From the NCBI RefSeq assembly GCF_964204645.1, contig NC_134025.1, forward strand, positions 22,796,299 through 22,860,298: a stretch of 64,000 nt of DNA. Reading direction: 5' to 3'. Shown one piece after another: positions 28,301-38,531 of this stretch. Source of the DNA: Tubulanus polymorphus. Its lineage: Eukaryota > Animalia > Nemertea. Below the pieces are notes generated by a model that ran no database searches, was not told where the DNA came from, and saw nothing but the letters and a program-made list of their open reading frames with translations. The first letter of the stretch is position 1. Every line of letters begins with the position of its first letter. The position numbers were made by a program, and so were the translations under genes.

Positions 28301-31300
28301 CTCCACGCCACAGTTCTATAACAATAGTTGAAAACCCGTCGTTCTCGTCGTCGTTATCGCGATGACCAACATCGTTGTGGAAGCTACTTGGTACTCGTGA
28401 CGTAAACTCGGCTTTAGATGAGAGTAAAAGCTGAAATTCGGCGCAGTTATTCACTCCGACTGCACGTAACGAGTCGACCGCCTCCTCTAATACGGATACG
28501 ACCCGCTTGTAATTAGCCGGTGTCGAACGGGCTTCCTGTTGCTGATGTATAAACAATACGCAGAATTTAAAAAGTGAACAATTCCATCGAAACAGGCCAG
28601 TTGACTAGTATACTGGCGGAATTAGCTTCATTTATATTCTACAATGGGGAATAGCTAATTTCCGTTTAACGAGCGGCCAGCTATAACGAACTTGTGGAAA
28701 CAACTTCTTTAATAGTATTTGTTTTTACATTAAAACTTTTTGGTATTCCCCAGCGAATGTCTACTTTATATATACAACATATCTTCATAATGTCATAGGT
28801 CTACAAGAAACAATACAGTAAACTATATATCACTATTGAGTAAGACTGTTTACAAATCTCGAGCTCAGTCTTAAACGAAATCGCTTTTTAAGAGAAATAC
28901 ATGTATATGTACAGTAAATCTCGCAAACGAGGACTTGCAAAATTAGTCCCAGGTAAGCGCATAGGAAAATTAGGAAGTCAGAAAATAATTTCGTTTTTGT
29001 CAGAGTTGGCCTTATATCCGAGTACAAAGGCGAGATTTACTGTATTAGCAGATTATTTCCGCTTATGATGTATTATTGTAAGGCATACCTGTTTAGCTGT
29101 CTCGTTGATAACGTGAACCAGGTACAATATCACAGCTTTACGAAAGATATTGATGACAGTGGACCACACTGATATGAATTGTTGACGGCAACTAGAAACG
29201 AACAAGCAGAATACTTCCGTTTTAAGACCCGACTACAATACATGCTCAATACCTTCAACATTTCAAAACTAATTGAACAAGAGGAATGCACATTTTTGCC
29301 TTCGCCGTTTGGATTTCCAAGGGGGCCACTTCGCCCTCGAGTGGCAATTTCATTCACATCTTATCTCATGGAAATATTTCGTGTTTTTTTTTTCATCTTC
29401 AATAGTAACATACCGTTGAGCCGTTTGAATAGCGGTGCGATCAGCGGAACAGAATACGAATATCAACGAAGGAACCGTAGCTATGCGTCGCTCGCAATCT
29501 TGAACCTATTTCCAGATAAAACGAAGAAAGAATTTCCGACTATATGATAAATAACGAACAACCAATAGATCCAGTCCCTCGTATCGACGGTAATTTCCCG
29601 GCAAGTTGTGGTAATCATAGACAGAAACGTAGTAAAGATATTATCTATTTTTAATTGATGATTCAAATTTGGTAACAACATTCGTGTACCTATAATATGT
29701 ATACATGTATCAATACGCACCTTCCATTTAGCCGGTTCTTTCCCGTCTAGTAAGGTATAGTTTCCATTTTCCTTCAAAGTCATCTATTATTAAGAAGATC
29801 GTAAAAAGAGATTAATGTTTTGATGTGAAAAGACACTAAAGACTATCATCCTCCGTTCTTCAAAATTATGAAGTACTTCTACGCTATTTCAAAATTCGAT
29901 AAACAAAATTTTGCTATCTTGTCATCTTATAATGTTTCTTTATACCGGCAATAATGAACATACATTATCATGTTGATATTCGACAAGAGCCCGAACACGG
30001 ACCGGACAGTCGGGCTGCTTTCGTTGCGGTAATGGTTGTATTTCGGACGACTTTCGATACAACCATTCGACCTCTTCTTGAAGTGACAGCAGTTCACAAG
30101 TTTTTCTCTGCAAAAATCATAAAATCAACTCATAGTAGAAATAGTTCTCAAATAAAAGCCATTCATTTATGTTGAATAACATAACATGCCACACTAAGGA
30201 AGAAAAAGAGTCAGAAATATTCCCTTGAGTTCATGATTTGTTCTAACGTTTCGACTATATGTGATCCTAATGGTTATCTTCATTAATACTAGTTCGGAAC
30301 GGCCCCCTATACTGACCTTGAGAGAATTAAGAAGCAGTTGAGATTCTTTACTTTCTTCGTCGGTTGCAATATCGATGTTTGCAACAGCGTTTAGTTTTCT
30401 TTCACAACGGCGGGATTTATGGAAAAACTAAGAGATGAATGAAATATGTCACGAATGTTCTTTATCAATTACTTTTCAATTTTTCTAATTTATTTGTGAA
30501 GGAGTCTCGCGGTAATATTTCGATATAAAGGCGAATTTTACCTGATGGTAATCAGAGGCGTTACATGTATGGATATCTTGACAATGTGAGACCCGGGACA
30601 ACCAGCGCCACGAGTCTCGGACGTGAAACGATGCCTCCTGTTAAAGAAAAAACAATTGTAGATATAAAAAATTTCGGAAAGTAGACAGGGGACGTATTTT
30701 CCGGTTTCAAACATCAATCAAACCTCTTCTAATCATATTTACGATGATAAATGCATATTTACATTGGTCATCTTAGAAGTATAATGACCGGCCGACGTGA
30801 ATACAATTTTACTATGATACGAAGCACTTATACACTAAATAGAACAAATACGGGACCTCACGTACGGCAAATTTGATTGTCATATATCGTTGTTTGCTTT
30901 GGCACCAAAGATCAATGGTAATGAAAGCCTATTTTCTTGTGATTTTGAGAACTACCTGATTCGGGATTCAAACATGTTTAACTATAAAGCTCAAAACGGT
31001 TAACGATATATCTAGGCATAAACTTTTCACTGTTCTAATTGGGCTTACGTTAGTTGCATTATCTTGTTGGTGTTTTTGTTTTATTTCTTGATGTTGAGAT
31101 TCATTTTTAACTAAACGCGTTGCCCTGTCGGTTACTTCGGACGATAAACGCTGGTAGAACGTTTCAACTTCCGCGACCTGCACGGCCGTTTCTAAGCAAT
31201 GCTGACGGTCTCGAGCAGCCTCCTGGAAAGACGAAAGAAATCCTCAATTAATCCAATGTAACTGAGTCGAAAATAATTTATTTCCACGGTTAATCAGCTT

Positions 31301-34300
31301 TGACAATGCATTTATGAATAACGCTGAATACCAATGTAAATGTAGGAGAAATGTATCTTGGTACCCGACATCCAATCGCAATTATGAGTATTCGATATCA
31401 AGCATGGAGATCTTTCCAAACATTTACCGATAACTTCCTTGTTATTAGAAACAACAATGAAATCTCGAATTATTGTTGTTCGCAACCGCAGGATGAGCAA
31501 AGCATCAACATACGAGAAATAACAGGGACATTAATCGTTAGTATTTTTCTGCACAGTACCGAAAGTATTGATGATTAAAAATGTATGATTCCATTATCGA
31601 CCAAAAGTGATCTATTCTCAATTATCATAGAATCGAATATGAATCATCAATCAAAGATTAAAGAGGTGATATTGTAAGATACTGAATATGAATAAGCCCT
31701 AGAAAACCGACAGATTTATTTACCGATGTTCTCAGCGATTTTAGTTTTTTTTGTATTCTTAATTATCTTCAGAAATTTTCGAAAGCATGGGATTAGCGAC
31801 AACTAAAAGGAAGTGAGTGAGTATATAGTACATAACATTAATGCAATACATCGGTTTCCGCGATCGCCGTAGTTTTTGTTATCAGCTTTCATCGCATTTT
31901 AAACCAAACACTTCGAGAGCTATAGCATATATGGGGGTAAATTTATACGGCGTAATCTATTATTCATTGTCCGATGCTTAAATGTCATCGTAGATGTTCT
32001 GCAGTTTCCGTTGGTAACAACTTACTCGTAAAGCCTTGTATCGGTCTTCCAGTTCCGACAGATCGTTGGTGTTGCTGTAGCCCTGAAATAATGAAAAATT
32101 CAGATGACAGTAAAATCGATGGTCACGTAAACACACACGGCTGTAGGGCACTCAACGTGTATGTACTTAAAAGTGTGAATAAGCGAATGTAAATGAATCG
32201 ACCACTTTAATTTTAGAGCGATACGCTCAGGTACGGAAGAGCAATGCAGCCAACAACATTTTATTTTCAGTTTAAAAAGTCAACTTTTAGACTTTAAAAA
32301 GTCGACTTTTCGACTTTAAAAAGTCGACTTTTCGACTTAGTAAGTCGACTTTTCGAGTTATTAAGTCGACTTTTCGACTTTTAAAAAGTCGACTTTTCGA
32401 CTTTAAAAAGTCGACTTTTCGAGTTAATAAGTCGACTTTTCGAGTTAGTAAGTCGACTTTTCGACTTAGTTAGTCGACTTTTCGAGTTATTAAGTCGACT
32501 TTTCGACTTTAAAAAGTCGACTTTTCGAGTTAATAAGTCGACTTTTCGACTGTCACTTTTTGGGACGCGTACAAAACCGTGGCGAGGCTTTATCACGACG
32601 AAATTATGTCGAAAAAACGAGATATATAGCGATTTATCGACATGATTAAGTCGATACATCGCGTTAATGTTGTCTTATCGCGAAAACTTATCACGGTAAA
32701 TCGTGATACAGCTCACGACTTTAACTTATGTCGATATACTGTATCTCGACATTACCGTTCCATCGACATAATTATCACGAGTTAACCTTAAAATGCATGT
32801 CAATTTATTGAGACAATATCGCAAAAGTCGACATCAATATCACGACATTGTAAAATTGATGAAGTATACTTATTCATATTGATATATTGAGATCGCTGAC
32901 CTAATTCTGGTTCATAGAACACTGAGGGATACCTCATCGAATTACAAGATACAGGGGGTCTAAGGGCATTAAGGGTGTTCTCCCTTATTCCTACATTCAA
33001 TTTCAAGCTAGTGTAATTTTTCAGCCCTTCATAGGCAAATACAAATGGTTACATATTCAATTTAATTTTCCAGATGGTTGGAAAATCACAGGGCTTTAGG
33101 GGCCATATACTCCTTGAGATTTCTGCCTGAACCCCCTCCCCTCCCGTTTTACTATGGGGCCTTAAGTATGCGTCTCTTTATTGAAATTAGGTCAGCTATA
33201 GGTCAGCAATATATTGGGTCGAACAACTATCACATCACTGCCGGCGGACGTACGAAAAGACTTTTTAAACTCGAAAAGTCGACTTTTTAAACTCGAAAAG
33301 TCGACTTTTTGAAGTCGAAAAGTCGACTTTTTAAACTCGAAAAGTCGACTTATTAAGTCGAAAAGTCGACTTTTTAAACTCGAAAAGTCGACTTATTAAG
33401 CCGAAAAGTCGACTTTTTGAAGGGTCGACTTACTAACTCGAAAAGTCGACTTAATAACTCGAAAAGTCGACTTTTTAAAGTCGAAAAGTCGGCTTTATAA
33501 CTCGAAAAGTCGACTTACTAGGTCGAAAAGTCGACTTTTCAAAGTGAAAATAAAATGTTGTTGGCCGCATTGCTCTTCCGTACTCAGGCCACACAAGCAG
33601 AGAGAAGCGAGTTTGAGAAGGAATTCAAAGATCCTGCATTGAAAACAAAAAGACAATAAGCCCATGAATACGTAAGCATATCCAATACTGAATCTGAAAT
33701 ACTGAGGTATATTGTACTCTAGCGCAAATTTAAAGGCAATTATCATCCGGCTTCGTCAGGTTCCTGCCGTTTCATTGCATCACGTTTAAAAACCTTATAT
33801 CAGAAAAAATTCTTTAAGTTGTTTTAATCTGCTATAATAATGTCTAAATGTTTAGTGTAATGCAATGATTATGTTTCATAAGAGTTGCGCTACATAAGCA
33901 AATGAATTCTCATCATAATCATTATCATTATTATAATTATCATTAAGATCCAGATACGTATACGACAAATCGTATATATATCTTTTTTCGCGAGCATTAG
34001 ATAGTTTATCGAATGCCAGCACCTGTGGTGATCGATGGAGGATTATATGCCAACTCATTGCGTGGTTTTCTAATTTCTCGTTTGTTGACTAAGATTTTAC
34101 GAATGATTTGTGAGCGTCTTTAAATAGTCAGGTTCGAGTCATCGCTATGCGCATTTTGAATGAACGGCGCTATTAATCGATGTCTTTTTCGCACGAGGCT
34201 GAAAATGGTACGGTTTGTTTTTTTCTTTTTTTTTGTTTGACGTCAAGCTCGATCGCTCGTGGAGCGCGTGTTCTATTGTTAGCGAGAAGACAATTTCTTT

Positions 34301-37300
34301 GCAAAATAAACCGCGTCGTCGATTGAACGAAATGCCATAGAAACAAGCACGGAAAAAAGACGAAATTATATTTCCAACATCACGACAACTTTAATTCGTG
34401 GACTAGGCGAGAACAGCTTCAAAAGAGAGTGGGAGATATTGGTTCATCGGCAGATGAGATAGATGGCTATACGTTCATCTCCAAATGTGACAGAAATATC
34501 AATTCAACATAGCTACGTATAAGGGATAACATGATCAATAGATAATAGTCCGCGGAAAACGATTACCGATAAATTGACACGGTAGTGTGAAACATAGTCA
34601 CGGATCTCTCTTCAACAAGTAAATGGAGATGTATGAATAGGGTAGTATACTGTGGGGGTACGACTACAACAATATAAATATCTATAACCAACCTCGACCC
34701 TAGGGGGCTCTGTTCGTAAGTATGCCTGACGGCGATAGTATTTCCAAGATAATGTTCTTTTATGCGGATCTGTTTTATGAGTAGTCCTGTGCGCGGCGGT
34801 GTCCGTATTGCTTCGCGATTTTCTGTAAGTCCACGGTTTGTAATGATGCGCGTGAAAATGACCGTGTGGGCGGCATTTGGTACAGCCGACATGTCCGCAA
34901 CATCGGCTTGTCATTTTCGTTTTGCCCTATTTTTCTATCCTATCAATATTTTCTACGAAGCTAACATCTACGCGCGGTGAGCGAAATGAGATGTCGCGAA
35001 TGAGATGTCGCGAAAGATAGCAGCACAATGTATGTAAATCTTCCCTGAAGTGAGTTTATAGCACTAATGAAGGGATGATGAACGTGCTTTTGCGACGACA
35101 ATAGTGTTTAGTATTTCGACCCTCGCGTATCTCGGGTATAAGCTGCATGTAGCTAGCTGAAAGCGCTAATGTGTAAGTCCGTGCGTCGATTAATCCAAAT
35201 AAGAAAACTAAGATGCAATGTTACAACGCCGTGCAACCAGTACGTCCATTCGTGACAACGTTCGTGTTCTAGCGTTCGAACGTCACAACGCTGTCGGCGT
35301 CATTGTCGAGATATTACGCGCTATATGTATCGGAGGCGAAGCGCGTGCCGAAACCGCTCGGATTTCTGACAACAAAAGTCGCATTGATTTTGCTATACAT
35401 TTATGAAGCGTCGGAGAATGCTACTTCATTGTCAGCCGGATGAGATGCAACGCCGTGTGCGCTAAATTTAACAACGAACATCACCCAAAAGCGACTTGTA
35501 TTCAGTTAGCCTGTTTAAAGCGCTAATCCGCCGAATGTTGATTTTAATTTAGTATCCCAATAGTATATTACTCGCAGTAGATGTAGATTTTCGTATATTC
35601 TATCAGTCGAATTGTCTTTAGAATTACGATGTTTATGAAAATATGTCAACCTTAAATATTGACAATTTGGCATAGTGACAACAACAAGCTCATCAATGTT
35701 TAATTATGCGTGGTCAACTTTTCTAATTGCACTCGTTCAACTTTCGTATGCCACATGTTGGTTTTATGACAGATGACAGCGTGCGGGAGCTCATATGTCA
35801 ATGCTGAATTCCAGAAGACCGGTCATCTGCAAACACTCGTTAAATTGTTCGCTAATGTTTTGATATATAGGCTACTTGAAATGTGAATTGTCTGTTTTCT
35901 GTTAGTGAAAGCGAAAATGTTTAAACACTCGCTTAGAAACGAAACGATGCAAAGATGGTTGACGACGAAAACGTTTTCGAAAATGTCGCGTCCTAAAACG
36001 AATCTTGCGCAGCGAAAAATATATGAAAATGAAAAAGTCGCTTTACCTGTGATTTTTGGTATCCTTCTAATACGTTCTGAAAGCGACCGAGATCCTTCTG
36101 GACTCGGTGCAAAATCTTCAACGAAGAACGAATCGCTTGTAGGTTGCTGGCCGTCGGGGTTTGCAAAAGACAAGCCTAAAATGAAATCAGAGGTTAAACG
36201 TGTTTGCAAATCATGTATAGTGATTCGAGAAAAAGTCTCATTGGAAAAATTGAAATTGGAAAAGTAGAAATTGGAAATTTAGAGAAATGTTGAAATGAGA
36301 TGAAGAAAACTTGAAATTTTATTGACATTTTGAAAAATGACACATATATTGCTTAACATTGTTGACAATGAAAATAGAATATGAGTTGTGAAATATATTT
36401 GATTACAAAATAAACGCCAAAATTGATGGCGTATTGATCGACTCACACGGAACCCCTTGAATAAACGCTGTATCAATTTAGATATAAAAACTATTGCAAC
36501 GGTTTTTACGGCGTCCAAAAAAACAACATAATTCAACACCGCCTGGCTAAAACAATTTTCAATTATGAATCGATTACTGCCAATCTTCAACTACAAATAG
36601 GGATAAATCGAGCATTTCGGAGATTGCAAACTCATTAACCGCTCGTTGTTAATTGTTACCGGTATTCCAGCGTCATGAAAAAATGATTTTAATCATTTAA
36701 TCAACGTGATGCAAAATTCCAGGAAAAAATATAAGTTGGGCGAGAACCCGTGATTGACGACGCGACGAATGTATTTTTGTCTATAATGAACACGAGGAAA
36801 TTAGAAGGCGAGCCAGTTGTGATATAGTGTAATTTCTTTCTGAACTATTCATTAATGCGCGATATTAATTTTATGACCGCTTGCGGTAATTCGATAACGT
36901 CGCGTGAACGTTGTAGTCGATATTTTTCAACGGACGCCGCGAAATTGGAAAATGATTTACCACAACAAAAAGGGCACCAAAGCATTGCGACGTAACATGA
37001 ACAGATTTACTACTCCGCCTAAGACTAAATCTTAAGCAGTGTTGCCTGCCTCGCCTCACCCAATCTCCCAAAGAGGTGCTTTTACTATATACATTATCGA
37101 CGGCCAATGTCGTCGATGAGAATCATTTTGTAAATGCGGGTGCTCTTTTGGATATGAATGAATCTAATATGGGATTTTGGGTGAGAATCTCATGTAGACT
37201 GCGGTGTCCCTTAGATCCCTATGTATGTTTTAGTAGGCCCTACAAGGTTAGTGTCATAGAAGGAAATGCCTCCCCTTATTCGTGTCTTCCTTACAATAGA

Positions 37301-38531
37301 TCTCAGGATTAAGGGTTAGGGTTAGTGTCAGCAGGGAGGTGGGAGTTTTCACTCCCACCTCCCTGGTGTCAGCAACCCCATTCCGACTCTCCACTTAAAA
37401 TCCATTAATCTATTGTAGGGGGGGGGGGGTTATCTGACATCGGGGGCATCTGATTCCATCACACCAGTATCACGGAAAAGCGATAACGTGCACACCTGCG
37501 ACCAGTCCCAAATTAATGTTTATCTATCCCGGTGGTTATAGGACATGCCATATTTAGAATCATTTTACCTGACATTTGCATATTATGCCATTCGAAAATT
37601 TTACGAAATCCTCAAAATTGATGCTCTCAAAATTCGGCGGTTTCCGAGTTATCGTGACGACATATTTATGACCTATAAATCTCGCCGAATAGATAATCCG
37701 AGGTCTGAGACTCTTGTCTATATACGAAACATCCATTTTTTGTGAAAGAGTCACAATGGCTCGAAGTGTTTGTTCAATATTATCCCGATAGTTCTACCAT
37801 TGCACAAGCGAAGTCGTCTGCACCCAAAATCAAAACAGGAAGTTATATTGATGAAAAGCAACTATTTTTGACCTAAATATCGTCGATTCAAAGCCAGACT
37901 CGGACTCGGTCGACTCTTCATAGAAGCATTCATAGGACCCGACGACTGTATAGTCACACCTTACCGATTGACTATCTACAATATGATTGAGATCCGAAGA
38001 GAATACTTGCGTGACATCCATATACAATCTAATTAACCATACTATCAATTAAACAAGGGTTTATCTACCATCGTACATAACCCTGTGTATACATAATAAA
38101 TGCATAGTCCATTCAAATTCGACAGCTTTATGTTAGAGTATATACCAGTTGTGTTCCGTTGTTGACCATTATTACCATAATTGGCACGTCTTGGTCGAAT
38201 ATGAGATCGTCTCAGAACATCGAGCGACCACTGTTGAAGGTGGGACAACTTATGAAAGGTAGGACAACTTCCAAAAAGGCCACTTTAAGACAACTTTAAA
38301 AAAAATCGATGCGAAGTGTTTTCTAGAATATTTACTGCATTGAAGTAAAATGCCGAAGAATGGCGTGCATTTTTTGTTTGAAATTTTCTGCCTCGTCAGA
38401 TGTGCCCTTTTCCGACAGTAGCAGGTGCTGCCTACGATGCTACCGTCTGAATTTGCGAAAAAAGCAAATTGTTCACTAACCTTGGTCTCTTCGATCCATT
38501 GGAATTCCTTGTTACGTTTTGCGCAATTCAT
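343..38531 (-). CDS. MACF1/DST: Spectraplakin gene (MACF1/dystonin/short stop/VAB-10 family), multi-exon, 3' end beyond the left edge of the window
   Basis: A chain of GT-AG exons, phase-compatible wherever I checked the junctions, gives the order plakin domain+SH3, plakin repeats, spectrin repeats, EF-hands, GAR domain, Ser/Pro-rich tail. This order is diagnostic of spectraplakins. The 5' boundary is less certain than the rest. Confidence 0.93.
1668..1700 (-). CDS. 33-nt micro-exon ([11 protein letters not shown]) between the EF-hands and GAR
   Basis: Reads ttccag|CAGTCT...GGTGCT|gtaagt, phase 0/0, open frame, with a YRP resembling the MACF1 linker. Confidence 0.65.
1863..2218 (-). CDS. MACF1/DST: Spectraplakin EF-hand pair; exons 2056-2218 and 1863-1975
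   Basis: Translation is [89 protein letters not shown]. It matches the MACF1/Shot FxFxxWR...EF1-EF2 region. Confidence 0.93.
2735..17446 (-). CDS. MACF1/DST: Spectrin-repeat rod, about 25 exons (e.g. 17279-17446, 16911-17093, 13947-15065, 12801-12917, 10967-11299, 10644-10853, 10448-10567, 10197-10287, then many short exons down to about 2735)
   Basis: Helical repeats carry the spectrin-repeat Trp motifs ([54 protein letters not shown]). Splice sites are canonical and phases were consistent for the exons listed. Confidence 0.9.
12623..12760. mobile_element. Short MITE, PIF/Harbinger-like
   Basis: Terminal inverted repeats gggccagttgtacagtc and gactatggcaactggccc, with a 3-bp CAG on both flanks. 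Confidence 0.65.
15500..15583 (-). CDS. Candidate 84-nt cassette exon ([28 protein letters not shown])
   Basis: Reads ctatag|GCC...AAG|gtagcg, stop-free, phase 0/0 between two phase-0 exons. The donor is weak and the peptide has no clear spectrin signature. Confidence 0.3.
18583..24325 (-). CDS. MACF1/DST: Giant 5743-nt exon: plakin/plectin repeats, long acidic Ser/Asp/Glu-rich region, second plakin-repeat cluster, start of first spectrin repeat
   Basis: Part of the 1951-aa ORF. Acceptor is ttttcag|CGATGTC at 24325 and donor is AAG|gtaag at 18583. Repeats such as [67 protein letters not shown] and [20 protein letters not shown] match plakin repeat domains. Confidence 0.92.
21285..21645. repeat. 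Coding tandem duplication with a 183-bp period (61 aa) inside the giant exon
   Basis: gatatcatcttctattacgtcgctttctg occurs at 21298 and 21481. The peptide [29 protein letters not shown] occurs twice, plus a degenerate third copy ([11 protein letters not shown]). Confidence 0.95.
25584..32082 (-). CDS. MACF1/DST: Divergent plakin domain with embedded SH3 and linker; exons 32026-32082, 31049-31222, 30542-30637, 30317-30427, 29964-30107, 29721-29783, 29414-29505, 29089-29191, 28275-28541, 27657-27775, 25584-25745
   Basis: All junctions are GT-AG with matching phases. [24 protein letters not shown] matches the plakin WxWL..C.E.H...Y..FF segment. [43 protein letters not shown] is a plakin-type SH3. 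Confidence 0.82.
26692..27192. mobile_element. About 500-bp palindromic non-autonomous DNA transposon (Harbinger-like MITE) in a spectraplakin intron
   Basis: Ends gcctggcgcacacg and cgtgtgcgataggc are near-inverted. A perfect 23-bp internal inverted repeat lies at 26777-26799 vs 26952-26974. Flanks are caa/taa, a possible TAA-type TSD. Confidence 0.65.
32232..33582. mobile_element. Foldback-type non-autonomous DNA transposon with about 320-bp modular TIRs, TAC..GTA termini and 6-bp TSD (IS3EU-like)
   Basis: Left end ctcagg|TACGGAAGAGCAATGCAGCCAACAACATTTTATTTTCA and right end TGAAAATAAAATGTTGTTGGCCGCATTGCTCTTCCGTA|ctcagg. Both arms carry inverted arrays of a 21-bp unit with the palindromic core AAGTCGACTT. 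Confidence 0.88.
37332..37365. mobile_element. 34-bp perfect hairpin flanked by a direct repeat (minimal TIR-only element)
   Basis: Sequence is gtgtcag|cagggaggtgggagt-tttc-actcccacctccctg|gtgtcag: a 15-bp stem, 4-nt loop and 7-bp direct repeat. Confidence 0.7.
37569..38531 (-). CDS. Probable 5'-most coding exons of the spectraplakin (38481-38531, 38146-38248, 37569-37672)
   Basis: Phases 0/0, 0/1 and 1/0 chain into exon 32026-32082. The translation [27 protein letters not shown] resembles the plakin ELxWLNEKE...DWS motif. Confidence 0.55.

Noticed and set aside
32381-32659. ORF with KSRLxxS heptads
   Set aside because: It is a translation artefact of the 21-bp repeat.
32270-33540. 21-bp repeat arrays as a possible CRISPR array
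   Set aside because: There are no unique spacers and no cas genes, the context is a eukaryotic intron, and the arrays are the inverted arms of a transposon.
35823-36590. ORFs of 100-128 aa in the large spectraplakin intron
   Set aside because: They show no domain similarity or compatible splice chain, and their lengths are within chance expectation.
37310-37325. TTAGGG-like motifs as a telomeric remnant
   Set aside because: Only about two units are present, embedded in an interspersed repeat.
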